Source: Candidatus Latescibacterota bacterium (GTDB lineage: Bacteria; Latescibacterota; UBA2968; UBA8231). Taken from it: a stretch of DNA of 64,000 nucleotides. The notes under the pieces were generated by a model. It made no database searches, had not been told where the DNA came from, and saw nothing but the letters and a program-made list of their open reading frames with translations. How positions within the stretch are numbered: the stretch's first letter is position 1; each line of letters opens with the position of its first letter. The stretch spans positions 2,432,001 to 2,496,000 of the forward strand of contig OZ241889.1 in the NCBI GenBank assembly GCA_965203355.1, in the 5' to 3' direction. Positions 29,991-40,256 of the stretch are shown one piece after another. A program made the translations under genes and the position numbers.

Positions 29991-30910
29991 AAGCAGGGCT
30001 TTGGGGTTGTGGGGTGAATTATAGGTTGTGATTCGTCTTGTGCTCCCGGCTCGTAGTTAGTCCACAGCACCTCGCGCCGGCTGTCCTTGGTGGAATGGAT
30101 GGTTTTGTCCGGCCCGACTGTCTTGAACCAGCGAGCGGGCGGGAACAACTCGTCCATTAAGGGATGATGGTAGCCGGACACGGCCACCTTACCCTCGCAC
30201 GTGTTGACGACTTCGGCCAAGGTCCGGTGCTCGGCTTCGTCCATTTCAAAGCCGTATGCTTTGGCGTCGCCGCGCGTGGCATGTAAGTAGGGAGGGTCGC
30301 AGTAGAACAAGGTTTTGTGGCTGTCGTAGAGTTGAATCACCTCGACCGCGGGTCGGTTTTCAATCTGGACTCGGATCAGACGCTGGGCAATCTCGTCGAG
30401 CGCATCGACGCCCCCCAACCAGCGAGAGACCACGCCAGACATGCCAGCGCGGCTCGTATTCTTGCAGTTGGCCCAACGACCGAGGGAGGCCGTTTGCGCC
30501 AGCCCGGTGCGGGTCTGCCGCGCTTTGATGTAAAAACGTCGAGCGTGCTCTAAGGCCCCGATGTCCTCGGTGCTGCCGTAGATGGCGTGGTAGTATTCCT
30601 CGCGTGAGAACGGCGTTAGAGCGATGGCGCGGATCAGTGCTTGGTGCTGGTCGCGCAGTACGCGAAAGAAATTCACTACCTCGCCGTCGAGATCGTTATA
30701 GGTTTCGACCGGAGCCGGTGCCCGGTTGATGAGTACGGCCCCGGACCCGGCAAACGGCTCGCAGTAATGATGACACTTGGGTAGCAGAGGGAGCAGCCAG
30801 TGGAGGTGCGAGAACTTCCCACCATACCAACCGAACGCAAGGCGACGGCGCGTGTGGTGCGACGGCGCGTCTGGGAAGATGGGGGACACGCCCCGCGATT
30901 TTTTGGTCAT
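29987..30910 (-). CDS. DNA adenine methyltransferase (D12/Dam-like, alpha class)
   Basis: WYGGK, EPFAGSG (motif I), YCDPPY (motif IV), REVLWTNY. Confidence 0.93.
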   Translation of the reverse strand: MTKKSRGVSPIFPDAPSHHTRRRLAFGWYGGKFSHLHWLLPLLPKCHHYCEPFAGSGAVLINRAPAPVETYNDLDGEVVNFFRVLRDQHQALIRAIALTPFSREEYYHAIYGSTEDIGALEHARRFYIKARQTRTGLAQTASLGRWANCKNTSRAGMSGVVSRWLGGVDALDEIAQRLIRVQIENRPAVEVIQLYDSHKTLFYCDPPYLHATRGDAKAYGFEMDEAEHRTLAEVVNTCEGKVAVSGYHHPLMDELFPPARWFKTVGPDKTIHSTKDSRREVLWTNYEPGAQDESQPIIHPTTPKPCL

Positions 30911-30913
30911 GTG

Positions 30914-32173
30914 CTAAAACGCAAGTGGCAAGTCGCCGTTTTCGTCGAAGGGCATTTCCCCGGCTTCGGCGATGCGTTCCAAATCCTCGCGCTGTTCGAC
31001 TTCGGAGCGATAGGCTTCTGAGACGAGGAGCTCGCCCAGCTCCAAGGTGTTGTGGATGCGCAGGACCTTGGCGTTTTCAGGCGCGACTAGGCCGACGGTC
31101 TCGAGGGCCTTTTCAATACAGATGCGGTCCGTGTCGAAGTAGAGCGGGATGTGTGCGCCCGAGGGGTGGTTGCCGGTCATGCAGTTGATGTAGGTGATCG
31201 CGCGGTCCATCTGCTCAATGGCGCGCTTGTGGGCGTATTCGGCGATGCCAATGCCCGAGGCGTTGCCGTGGGTTTCTGCGGTCAGGCTGCGCACTAGGAT
31301 GCGAGTTACTTTGGGGTACTCCTTGTCGGCCGCGTGATTGTCGTGGAATTTGCGGCCAATGACATTGGTGTCCATGCCCGCGCCGGAGATGTTTTTGCCA
31401 ATCGCATCGACGATGAGCAGATCGACCTCGTCGAAGGGTAAGCGCGGCATCCATTCCTTGGCGAGGACTAACAATTCCCTTTCGCGCTCCGCGAACTCGT
31501 CGGCTCCCACGCCCTTGATGAGCGCGGTTTGGTCGTACTGGTTTTCGACTAAGGCCAGCCCCATGAGTACGCCGCATTGGTCGATGACGGCTTGGCCGAC
31601 CGAGCGGATGATGCGGTCGAAGCTGTAGTGGACAATGGCTTGGTGGTACAGGGCCGCACCTTTGTGCTTGCCCAAGCCGATGAGCATCATCTTGTGCAGG
31701 CCGCTCTCGATTTCGCCGACAAAGTTGGTGTGCGGCTTGACGCGGCCGACGACGGCTACGTGGTCGGCTTCAAAGGCGTACTGGTCGAAAAAGACCGGGA
31801 CGCCGTCTTCGGTCGCGCCTACCTGTACGGTTTCCATAGACGACTTAATAGGTGCGCCGGTGTACTCTTCGGTGACGCCGTAGCCTTCGATGATCGCCTG
31901 TTGCGCCTCGGCGATGCCGCCGCCGTGGCTGCCCATGGCCGGGACGAGAAAGGGCTGGAGGCCGAGGGCCTTGAACTCGGCCACGAGGCTTTTGATCACC
32001 AACGCAATGTTGGCAATGCCTCGGCTGCCGACGGAGATGGCAATGGTCTCGCCGGGATTGATTTTGGGGCCTAAGTCGAGGCGTTGTACTTCGGCGCGCA
32101 CGGCCGCGGGAATGTCCTCAATGGTCGGCGCGGAAAAAAGCTGGCGGACGCGGAACATGCGAGGCAGGGACAT
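30914..32173 (-). CDS. LarA-like (lactate racemase domain/DUF362) protein
   Basis: GSRGIANI, PAMGSHGG, RVKPHT, GKNISGAGMDTNVIGR; start MSLPRMF with SD AGGAGG. Confidence 0.85.
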   Translation of the reverse strand: MSLPRMFRVRQLFSAPTIEDIPAAVRAEVQRLDLGPKINPGETIAISVGSRGIANIALVIKSLVAEFKALGLQPFLVPAMGSHGGGIAEAQQAIIEGYGVTEEYTGAPIKSSMETVQVGATEDGVPVFFDQYAFEADHVAVVGRVKPHTNFVGEIESGLHKMMLIGLGKHKGAALYHQAIVHYSFDRIIRSVGQAVIDQCGVLMGLALVENQYDQTALIKGVGADEFAERERELLVLAKEWMPRLPFDEVDLLIVDAIGKNISGAGMDTNVIGRKFHDNHAADKEYPKVTRILVRSLTAETHGNASGIGIAEYAHKRAIEQMDRAITYINCMTGNHPSGAHIPLYFDTDRICIEKALETVGLVAPENAKVLRIHNTLELGELLVSEAYRSEVEQREDLERIAEAGEMPFDENGDLPLAF

Positions 32174-32183
32174 GGTGGACCTC

Positions 32184-33335
32184 CTAAATGGCTCGTTGGA
32201 AGATGATTTCGAGATCGCGTTGGGTGGTCTTGCGCGGGTTGACGGCGATATTGCCGCTCTGCATGGCAATGCGCGCCATCGTGGAGATGCGGGCCGTATC
32301 GACGCCGACGTCTCCCAACTTGGCGGGGATGCCTAAGTCGGCATTGATATGCCGCACGGCGACCATGGCGGCGTGCGCGGCTTGGCGTTGATCTAAGCCG
32401 GAGATACGGACGCCGAGTGCTTCGGCGATGGCGGCAAATTTGCCCGGGCAAGCAAACCAATTGAACTCCATGACATAGGGTAGCAAGATAGCGTTGAGCA
32501 GCCCGTGATGCACGTGGTAGTGCGCGCCGACCGGATGGGACATGGCGTGGACATTGCCGAGGCGCGTTTGCGAAAAGGCGACGCCGGCCAGCATACTGGC
32601 GATGAGCATGTTTTCGGTGGCGGCTAGCGCGTGGTCGTTGGCGCAGGCTAGGCGCAGATTGTCGCCGATGAGGCCAATGGCGTGCAATGCAATGCCGGCG
32701 GTGATGGGGGTGGCCGTCAGATTGATATACGATTCGAGCGCGTGCGTCAGGGCGTCCATGCCAGTGGCTGCGCCGACGAGGGCAGGCAGGGCGAGCGAAA
32801 GCTCAGGGTCGAGGACGCCGACTTGGGGCGCGATCTTCCAGCTAATGACCGGGTCTTTGTTGCCGCTGGCGGGATTGTCCAGCACGGCGAAGGGCGTGAC
32901 CTCGCTGGCGGTGCCGTAGGTTGTAGGGACGCAGACGAGACAGGGCAGCTCGTTTTTGACTTTGTCGCTGCCGAGGTAATGGGTGATGCGTCCGTTGTTG
33001 GACGCGAGGACGCCGATCATCTTGGCCACGTCCATGGGCGAGCCCCCGCCGAGGCCGATGATGGCGGTGCAGCGTTCTCGGCGGTACGCCTCGGCTCCAT
33101 CTTCGACGGATTCTTGGGTCGGCTCACTTGAACCGTCTTTGAGATAGACGGCATGAGGGATGCGGCCGAGCGCGGCGGCGACTGCTTCTACGGTGCCGAT
33201 TTCTTCTAAGACCTGATCGGAGACGATCAGGACTTTGTCGGCTAGTGAGAAGCAATCGGCCAAGCAGGCGATAGACCCGGGGCCGTGGACGATGCGGGTG
33301 GGATGGCGGAAGTCAAAGTGGGTTTGCAAGGGCAT
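32184..33335 (-). CDS. Iron-containing alcohol dehydrogenase
   Basis: GGGSPMDVAK, PTTYGTASEVT, GMDALTHALESY, HAMSH, HHGLLNAILLP. Confidence 0.95.
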   Translation of the reverse strand: MPLQTHFDFRHPTRIVHGPGSIACLADCFSLADKVLIVSDQVLEEIGTVEAVAAALGRIPHAVYLKDGSSEPTQESVEDGAEAYRRERCTAIIGLGGGSPMDVAKMIGVLASNNGRITHYLGSDKVKNELPCLVCVPTTYGTASEVTPFAVLDNPASGNKDPVISWKIAPQVGVLDPELSLALPALVGAATGMDALTHALESYINLTATPITAGIALHAIGLIGDNLRLACANDHALAATENMLIASMLAGVAFSQTRLGNVHAMSHPVGAHYHVHHGLLNAILLPYVMEFNWFACPGKFAAIAEALGVRISGLDQRQAAHAAMVAVRHINADLGIPAKLGDVGVDTARISTMARIAMQSGNIAVNPRKTTQRDLEIIFQRAI

Positions 33336-33638
33336 GGACAATCCTCTGCGTACAGGGGAGGAAAAGTAGCTAGCGTACATTGTTGCTGTCAAGGTAACTG
33401 GCGGGGGTGGGGTGGATAGCTAAACATAACCCTGCGCGTAGTCGCCCGTGCCCCCAAAGCGGTCGAGTGCGCCATCTGCCGGGGTAAGGCTGGCGTAGGA
33501 TGGAAGTGCCCGGTTAGTACGCCGTTTGCCGCTGCTGGATAGATTGACAAGTTTAGGGAAACAAATAGATTGAGACCTAGATAAAAATCCCCCCTAACGG
33601 ATCGGAATTACAAGGATCCTTTTGAGGAGTTAGGTCAA

Positions 33639-34373
33639 ATGAAAAGATACTGGTTTTTAGCGGTCGGCACCTTGCTGATTTTAACACTCGCGGCCTGTGA
33701 TGTGAATATTGCCTCGGAGGTATTATCGTCCCCAGCCGTTGACAAAACTATCCATGTAAGCGGCAGTGGTTCGGTTACTGGCGAACCAGATATTGCAACG
33801 CTCGATTTAGGGGTGTCTGTTGAGAAAGCGACCGTTGCAGAGGCACGTGAAGAGGCTGCGAGTGCGATGACAAGGTTAATAAATTCTCTGCAAGCAAACG
33901 ACGTGGCTGAAAAAGACATTAAAACGGAGAATTTCAGTATCTACCCCCAATACGACTATGTAGAAAACGTCCTCGTACTGCGTAGTTACAGAGTAAACAA
34001 CACCGTTAAGGCGAAAGTCCGAGATTTGGCAACCCTCAGTGATGTCATAGATGATGCGGCCTCTGCGGGGGGGAATAGCATCGTTATTAACGCGATCCAA
34101 TTTATGATTGATGATACTACACCATTACAAACCGAGGCCCGTAGTTTGGCCGTAAAGGATGCCGAAGCGAAAGCACAAACCTTAGCGGAAGCAAGTGGTG
34201 TCAGGCTGGGAGAACCTATTACCATCACTGAAAGTACCTATCTGGCCGGTTCGCCCATTCCGTTTGCAATGGCAGAAGCCGACTTCGATGATGCCGCGCG
34301 TACTACCACCCCCATTGCCCCCGGCGAACTCGCCGTCACCGTGACTGTCACTGTGGTCTATGCAATTGAGTGA
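33639..34373 (+). CDS. SIMPL (DUF541) domain lipoprotein
   Basis: Lipobox LAAC, IHVSGSGSV..PDIA, FSIYPQYDY, AVKDAEAKAQTLA; markedly lower GC. Confidence 0.9.
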   Translation: MKRYWFLAVGTLLILTLAACDVNIASEVLSSPAVDKTIHVSGSGSVTGEPDIATLDLGVSVEKATVAEAREEAASAMTRLINSLQANDVAEKDIKTENFSIYPQYDYVENVLVLRSYRVNNTVKAKVRDLATLSDVIDDAASAGGNSIVINAIQFMIDDTTPLQTEARSLAVKDAEAKAQTLAEASGVRLGEPITITESTYLAGSPIPFAMAEADFDDAARTTTPIAPGELAVTVTVTVVYAIE

Positions 34374-34639
34374 AATTCTGTCTCGCCACTCTCTAATGCA
34401 CAAACGCTACAAAGTTCCTTAGCAGGAATCTGAGATTCCGCTGGTGTTCGCGGAAGTAGGCGCTAGCGATCTGGGGCTGTCGTCTGGTGCGATGGTCTAG
34501 GGCCGCTCTATTTCGCCGGTCCGCCCGTCGATGTAGCTCGATCCGATCTCCCGTAAGTTCCTGCAAGGTTTCCTATACATTAGCTCTCGGCCCTACGCTC
34601 TGCTATCGTTGCCGATGTCAAAACAATCGACAAGCGCAA

Positions 34640-34960
34640 TTAGGCCAAGAGGCGTGTAATCTCATCCACCGGAAAAGTGGGCAATGGCGTCCGTTGGCCG
34701 TTGCGGCTTAGCTGAAGAGGGCGCACCGTGCCGATGCGGGCGACCGCTATGTTGGCGTCTTGCCGGGCCGCGAGGATGGCATCGGCGGAATCGGCTGTGC
34801 AGCCGATCAGTAGTGCATCCGAGGAGATCGAGTTCAAAGGCCGCCCAGAGATCCGCTGTGGCCGAATCAATGGGCCGCGCATGGCAGTCGATTTCTGCGC
34901 CCACAGCGGGTATAGGCGTCGAGCAGACGGCTTAGTTCATGTCGCTGGATAGGTGTTCAC
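34640..34960 (-). pseudogene. Decayed AIR synthase (HypE/PurM-like) family gene
   Basis: Fragments in different frames: ELSRLLDAYTR / GAEIDCHARPIDSATADLWAAFELD / ALLIGCTADSADAILAA...ARIGTV...TPLPTFPVDEITRLL; only ~320 bp remain. Confidence 0.6.
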
Positions 34961-36486
34961 TGGGTGTAGAAAGCGACGATGGCTTGGACGAGCGCGGGGA
35001 TGCTGCTCTCGCTGGGCTGCACGTGAACGGCAAACCCGAGTTGGCGCACGGCTTCAGCCGTGGTGGGGCCGATGCAGGCGATGTGGGTGCGGGCGAATAC
35101 GGCCTCGGCGCGTTCTGGCCCTAGTACCTGCTGAAAATTGTGGACGCTGGAAGGGCTGGCGAAGACGAGGAGGTCGAGTTTGTTCTCGGCTAGTGCGGCC
35201 GGGAGTTCGATTTGGTCTGGCAGGCGATTTACGTACGTCGTCAAATGGTGAACTTGGGCACCGCGTGCGGCGAGCGTGTCGGCGAGTTCAGTGCGGCCAA
35301 TGGAAGAAGCTGGCAAGAGGATCTCCTGGCCGGTCATCTCAAATGCAGCAAAGGTGCTGGCTAGCGAGGCCTGCGATTGGCGCGGGGGCACGAGGTCGGG
35401 GACTAAGCCGTGTTGGCGCAGCACGGAGGCCGTAGCTAAGCCGACGGCCGCTATGCGCGTATGGGCAAAGGCCCGGGCGTCGAGGCCGCGCTGATAGAGC
35501 CGGTCGCAGAAGAAGGCTACACTGTTGGGACTGGTGAAGACGACCCAAGCCGCGTTCCCAAGCCGGTCTTGGGCCGCATCCACAGCCGTCCAGTCGTCAG
35601 GTGGACCGATGTGCAGGAGAGGCAGCGTCGATACGGCGGCCCCTTCGGCTTCGAGGCGTTGCTGGAGGGAACCGGCCTGTTCGCGGCTCCGGGTGACGAG
35701 TAAGCGGCGACCAAAGAGCGGTTTGCTCTCAAACCAATTGAGCTCTTGGCGCAACGCGACGACTGGGCCGATTGCGATGAGGGCTGGCGAGCGGATTTGC
35801 TGGGCTGAGGCGCGGGCCGGCAGGTATTGAAGATCGGCGACGACCGTGCGCTGGTCGGGCCAAGTGCCCCATTCGATGGCTGCGGCCAGCGTCGAAGCCG
35901 GTCGGCCCCGAGCGACGAGATGCTGGCATATACGGGCGATCTGGCGGACGGCCATGAAGATGACAAGAGTGCCGTCAAAGGTCGCTAGCTGATCCCAGTT
36001 GATGGCCGCGTCGGGCTTGGCCGGATCCTCGTTGCCAGTGACCAGCAGGGCGGCCGAGGCCATGCCGCGATGGGTCAGGGGGATACCCGCGTAGGCCAAG
36101 ACGCCAGAGGCCGCAGAGACACCAGAGACGATTTCAAAGGGAATGCCAGCTTGGCGCAGGTGCAGGGCCTCTTCGCCGCCGCGGCCGAAGATGAAAGGGT
36201 CGCCGCCTTTGAGACGGACGACGACGCGACCTTGGCGCGCGCGATCGACGAGGAGCGCGTGGATCGCGTCTTGAGAGGGGTTTTTGCGGCCGCCGCGTTT
36301 GCCGACCGCGATTTGCTCGCATGTGTTGGGTACTAGGTCGAGCAAGCGGTTGTCGAGGAGGTCGTCGTACAGGACGACGTCGGCCTCGCGCAGATAGCGC
36401 AGGCCCTTGAGGGTCAGCAGGCCGGGGTCGCCGGGGCCCGCTCCGACGATGTACACCGTGCCCGGAGTGGCATATGCGGCGGACAT
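34957..36486 (-). CDS. cobA: Uroporphyrinogen-III C-methyltransferase / uroporphyrinogen-III synthase fusion (CobA-HemD)
   Basis: VYIVGAGPGDPGLLT, RLKGGDPFIFGRGGEEA, then HemD motifs LVTRSREQA, FTSPNSV, FASPSSV, IGPTTA; start coupled to the hemC stop (TAATG). Confidence 0.93.
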   Translation of the reverse strand: MSAAYATPGTVYIVGAGPGDPGLLTLKGLRYLREADVVLYDDLLDNRLLDLVPNTCEQIAVGKRGGRKNPSQDAIHALLVDRARQGRVVVRLKGGDPFIFGRGGEEALHLRQAGIPFEIVSGVSAASGVLAYAGIPLTHRGMASAALLVTGNEDPAKPDAAINWDQLATFDGTLVIFMAVRQIARICQHLVARGRPASTLAAAIEWGTWPDQRTVVADLQYLPARASAQQIRSPALIAIGPVVALRQELNWFESKPLFGRRLLVTRSREQAGSLQQRLEAEGAAVSTLPLLHIGPPDDWTAVDAAQDRLGNAAWVVFTSPNSVAFFCDRLYQRGLDARAFAHTRIAAVGLATASVLRQHGLVPDLVPPRQSQASLASTFAAFEMTGQEILLPASSIGRTELADTLAARGAQVHHLTTYVNRLPDQIELPAALAENKLDLLVFASPSSVHNFQQVLGPERAEAVFARTHIACIGPTTAEAVRQLGFAVHVQPSESSIPALVQAIVAFYTQ

Positions 36487-37394
36487 TAAGGCTCCAGCAA
36501 CAGGGCGTCGGCACCTTGGGCGCGCAGGGCATCGGCAAGGGTGTCGGCAAGAGCTGCGGTACAGGTGGGAGCGGCGCGCAGTTCGGCGCGCAGCAATTGA
36601 ATGCCTTCGGGATGGCCGACCAAGCCGTCGAGTGCTAGGAGGTCGCCCTCCATGCGGCCCCAAGTGCCAATGGGTGCGTGACACCCAGCGCGTAGAGCGT
36701 GTAGCAAATGGCGCTCGGCTTGCACTGCGACTAGGGTCCGGGGGTGGTTGAGGGCTGCGACGGCGGCCCGTGCGGGGTGGTCGCCGCGCATTTGCAGCCC
36801 TAAAGCACCTTGGCCGGGGGCGGGCAGAACCTGATCCAAGGGCAGATAGCAGCCGATGCGCTCCTGCCAGCCGAGGCGGTTGAGCCCGGCAACGGCCAAG
36901 ATGACGGCATCGCATTCGCCGCGCATGGCCTTGTTGATGCGGGTGTCTAGATTGCCGCGGATATCTAGGATGTTTAGGTCGGGCCGCAGCGCCTTGAGTT
37001 GGGCGCGACGGCGCAGGCTGCCCGTGCCCACTCGTGCGCCATCCGGCAAGTCGGCTAGTGAAGATATGCCGGGGCCGACGAGGGCATCGCGCACATCTTC
37101 GCGCTCGGGGATGGCGACCAAGGCGAGGTCTGAGTGCATCTGGGTTGGCAGGTCTTTCAGGCTGTGAACCGCTAGGTCAATATGCCCATCCAACAGGGCG
37201 CATTCGAGGGCTTTGGTAAAAACGCCCGGGTCCCCCCCCCAACTGCGTAGCGAACCTGTCGTCGCGTCGCCAGTGGTGCGGATGGGTGCGATCTCAAGGT
37301 CTAGCCCGCCGTGCCGTGCTAAGAGACGGTCGCGGACTTCGCGGGCTTGGACGCGGGCAAGTTGGCTACTGCGACTGCCGAGGACGAGTTTCAC
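36486..37394 (-). CDS. hemC: Hydroxymethylbilane synthase
   Basis: GSRSSQLA, AVHSLKDLPT, GTGSLRR, IRGNLDTR, PAPGQGALG, GCHAPIG; GTG start inferred. Confidence 0.96.
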   Translation of the reverse strand: MKLVLGSRSSQLARVQAREVRDRLLARHGGLDLEIAPIRTTGDATTGSLRSWGGDPGVFTKALECALLDGHIDLAVHSLKDLPTQMHSDLALVAIPEREDVRDALVGPGISSLADLPDGARVGTGSLRRRAQLKALRPDLNILDIRGNLDTRINKAMRGECDAVILAVAGLNRLGWQERIGCYLPLDQVLPAPGQGALGLQMRGDHPARAAVAALNHPRTLVAVQAERHLLHALRAGCHAPIGTWGRMEGDLLALDGLVGHPEGIQLLRAELRAAPTCTAALADTLADALRAQGADALLLEP

Positions 37395-37421
37395 GGGATG
37401 CGGCCATAGGGCATATATAGA

Positions 37422-37458
37422 GCAAGGGAAGATTCCCCCAGTGGAAATCTTCCCTTGC
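37422..37458 (-). terminator. Hairpin downstream of glnA
   Basis: Perfect 13-bp stem GCAAGGGAAGATT/AATCTTCCCTTGC about 30 nt after the glnA stop; no strong U-tract. Confidence 0.6.
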
Positions 37459-37487
37459 CCCAAGTACCATTTGTATTTTTGGTTTTT

Positions 37488-38978
37488 TTAGACGTCGTAG
37501 TATAGGGCGAACTCATAGGGGTGGGGCCGCAATTGGATGGCCTTGACCTCCTCGGTGCGCTTGTAGTCGATCCAGGCGTCGATCAGGTCCTCGGAGAACA
37601 CCTCGCCCTGCAAGAGAAAGTCCCGGTCTTGCGCCAAGTGGTCCAACGACTCCTCCAACGACCCGGCCGTCTGCGGCACGCCGGCGCGCTCCTCAGCCGA
37701 CAAGTCATACAGATTCTTGTCCAACGGCGGGCCCGGGTCCAACTGCCGCTCGATGCCATCCAACCCCGCCATCAACATCGCCGCCAGCGCCAAGTAGATG
37801 TTGCACGACGCATCTGGACAACGGAACTCCACCCGCTTGCTTTTGGGACTGGGCGAATACATCGGAATGCGCACCGACGCGCTGCGGTTGCGCTGCGAAT
37901 AGGCCAAGTTGACCGGTGCTTCGTAGCCGGGCACCAGCCGCTTGTAGGAGTTGGTCGTCGGATTGGTAAACGCCAACAGCGCTGGCGCATGGTGCAGCAG
38001 GCCGCCGATGTAGTGCAAGGCCATCGAACTCAGCCCGGCATAGCCGCTGCCAGCAAACAGCGGCTTATTGCCCTGCCACAGGCTCTGGTGGGTGTGCATG
38101 CCCGTGCCATTGTCCTCAAACAGCGGCTTGGGCATGAACGTGGCGGTCTGGCCGTGCTGCCGCGCCACATTCTTGACGATATACTTATACATCATCATCC
38201 GGTCGCCGCACTGCAACAGCGGACAAAAGCGAATGTCGATCTCGCCTTGGCCGGCAGTGCCGACCTCGTGATGGTGAATCTCCACGTCGATGCCGCAGGC
38301 GATCATGGTCTGCACCATCTCGGTGCGGAGGTCGTGCAGCGAATCGGTGGGGGGCACCGGGAAGTAGCCGCCCTTGTAATCGGGCTTGTAGCCGAGGTTG
38401 GCTCCGTCGGCACCGCTGTTCCAGCGGCCTTCCTGCGAGTCGATTTCGTAGAAGCCCTTATGGGGTTGCTGGTCGAAGCGGATGGCGTCGAAGATGAAAA
38501 ACTCGGCTTCGGGGCCGAAATAGGCGGTGTCGGCCAGTCGGGTGCGCTGCAGGTAGGCTTGGGCGCGCTGGGCGACGCCGCGGGGGTCGCGGGCATAGGG
38601 CTGTCGGGTGATGGGGTCTTCAATAGAGCAAACAAGCGACAGAGTGGGCACCTCGGTGAACGGGTCCATGACGGCGGTGGTCGGGTCGGGCAGGACGAGC
38701 ATGTCGGACTCGTTGATGGCCTGCCAGCCGCGAATGGACGAACCGTCGAAGCCGAGGCCGTCTTCAAACAGGTCAGGTGTCAAGCCGGTGCTGGGCATGG
38801 TAAAGTGCTGCCAGGTGCCCGGCAGATCGACGAACTTGAAATCGACCATCTGCGCTTGGTGCTGCCGGGCTAACGCCAAGGCCGCGTCAATAGCACTGGC
38901 TTGGGACGACTTCGGCTTGGCTTTGGTTTTAGCTTTGGCTTTGGTTTTAGCTTTGGTTGCTGCCTTGGCTTTGGCCAT
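37488..38978 (-). CDS. glnA: Glutamine synthetase type I
   Basis: [40 protein letters not shown], adenylylation loop DKNLYDL. Confidence 0.98.
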   Translation of the reverse strand: MAKAKAATKAKTKAKAKTKAKPKSSQASAIDAALALARQHQAQMVDFKFVDLPGTWQHFTMPSTGLTPDLFEDGLGFDGSSIRGWQAINESDMLVLPDPTTAVMDPFTEVPTLSLVCSIEDPITRQPYARDPRGVAQRAQAYLQRTRLADTAYFGPEAEFFIFDAIRFDQQPHKGFYEIDSQEGRWNSGADGANLGYKPDYKGGYFPVPPTDSLHDLRTEMVQTMIACGIDVEIHHHEVGTAGQGEIDIRFCPLLQCGDRMMMYKYIVKNVARQHGQTATFMPKPLFEDNGTGMHTHQSLWQGNKPLFAGSGYAGLSSMALHYIGGLLHHAPALLAFTNPTTNSYKRLVPGYEAPVNLAYSQRNRSASVRIPMYSPSPKSKRVEFRCPDASCNIYLALAAMLMAGLDGIERQLDPGPPLDKNLYDLSAEERAGVPQTAGSLEESLDHLAQDRDFLLQGEVFSEDLIDAWIDYKRTEEVKAIQLRPHPYEFALYYDV

Positions 38979-39028
38979 GACAATTCCTTTCTCGCGCCAA
39001 CTTTAAGGTGGTTAAAAACAAAAGTTAA

Positions 39029-39057
39029 ATAGTACGATTCTGTAAATCGGCTGTCAA
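39029..39057 (-). promoter_or_regulatory. sigma70-type promoter of glnA
   Basis: TTGACA-17 nt-TACTAT on the minus strand. Confidence 0.65.
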
Positions 39058-39076
39058 GCAAGCCGAGCCGCGAGTC

Positions 39077-39104
39077 TTGACAAGCAATCGGTGGCTTTTA
39101 TTAT
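39077..39104 (+). promoter_or_regulatory. sigma70-type promoter of the hrcA operon
   Basis: TTGACA-16 nt-TATTAT, back-to-back with the glnA promoter. Confidence 0.55.
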
Positions 39105-39170
39105 ATCTCAGAGCCTCAGAGAACCTCAGTACTTATCTGGCGTTTATGCCGCTGGAGATGCTTTCCGGCC

Positions 39171-40196
39171 ATGGCCACTAGCCCACTATCCAAACGCGAA
39201 ATCCAAGTTCTGCTTGCCTTGGTCAAAGCCCACGTCGCCCTTGGCGTTCCGGTTGGCTCACGGACGTTGAACCAGCGCGAGGACCTAGGCGTCAGTTCGG
39301 CTACCATACGGAATACCTTAGCCTCTTTAGAGGAAAAGGGCTTTGTTGCCCAGCCCCATGTCTCGGCGGGCCGCATCCCCTCTGAAAAGGGCTACCGATT
39401 CTACGTGCAGCGCTGCATGGCCATGGCCGACACGGGCTCGGATGAGGCTGAGATCACCCTGCGGCAGCAGCTAGAGGCCGCACAACAAGAGGGCGATTAC
39501 GAGGCGATCCTGCATCAACTGGCGAGGACCATCGGCGACCTGTCGAACCAACTTGGGTTGGTTTTGGCCCCGCGCTTCAACCAAGGTGTCTTTCACAAGT
39601 TGGAGCTTTGGCACTTGGGGCAGCGCCGCCTGTTGCTGGTCGTCACGATCCGCGGCGGCCTGACAAAGAGCTTGATGATCGAGGTAGATTGCGCGGTGTC
39701 GCAGCGCGATTTAGAGACCCTGAGTCGGCTTTTTAACGAGCGCTTACACGGGTTGACGATGGCTGAAATCCAAAACGCGGTCGAGGCGCGCATAGCCGAG
39801 TTAGGGCCCGTCCCGCGGCCAGTGGTGGAGGCCATCGTAGGTCACATCGAAGGCTTGGCTATCACGCGCGGTGCTGACCTCCACATCTCGGGGACTCGCA
39901 ATCTCTGTCTAAAGCCCGAATTTGACGATCCGATCTACGTGGCTGGTTTGGTCGACTTATTAGAAAAAAAGGACCTCCTCGCCCAGCTTATGAGCGAGCG
40001 GCGTGGCGTGGTCATCACCATTGGCTCCGAGCACCGGCCGCGGGCGATGGGGCGATGCAGTATGGTGACGTCCAGTTATGAGGTTGCCGGCGCGAGCGGC
40101 GTGATCGGCGTAATCGGCCCGACGCGCATGCCTTATAGATTCTTGGTGAACCTGGTCAATTACGCGGCTTCCCGAGCGGCCGATTTGATCTGCTGA
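39171..40196 (+). CDS. hrcA: Heat-inducible transcription repressor
   Basis: PVGSRTL, SSATIRNTL, QPHVSAGRIPSEKGYRFYV, GVIGPTRMPY. Confidence 0.95.
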   Translation: MATSPLSKREIQVLLALVKAHVALGVPVGSRTLNQREDLGVSSATIRNTLASLEEKGFVAQPHVSAGRIPSEKGYRFYVQRCMAMADTGSDEAEITLRQQLEAAQQEGDYEAILHQLARTIGDLSNQLGLVLAPRFNQGVFHKLELWHLGQRRLLLVVTIRGGLTKSLMIEVDCAVSQRDLETLSRLFNERLHGLTMAEIQNAVEARIAELGPVPRPVVEAIVGHIEGLAITRGADLHISGTRNLCLKPEFDDPIYVAGLVDLLEKKDLLAQLMSERRGVVITIGSEHRPRAMGRCSMVTSSYEVAGASGVIGVIGPTRMPYRFLVNLVNYAASRAADLIC

Positions 40197-40256
40197 CGAA
40201 TTTTTGTCCCAATCCATATCCCAATCACAGTTCACAGTTAAGAGTAAGGAGTGTCG

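Noticed and set aside
29987-30910. Complete restriction-modification system or prophage
   Set aside because: No endonuclease, integrase or phage structural genes adjacent
33395-33540. Riboswitch upstream of the Fe-ADH operon
   Set aside because: No conserved riboswitch core recognised; the sequence reads more like a coding remnant
36487-36915. N-terminal 142 aa of the 652-aa CobA-HemD ORF call
   Set aside because: Overlaps hemC in another frame; the real start is the ATG at 36486, coupled to the hemC stop
37521-38873. 450-aa plus-strand ORF
   Set aside because: Antisense shadow of glnA caused by GC-rich codon bias; no motifs
39105-39170. Possible CIRCE operator upstream of hrcA
   Set aside because: Only a weak half-site (TCAGTACTT); no matching inverted arm 9 nt away
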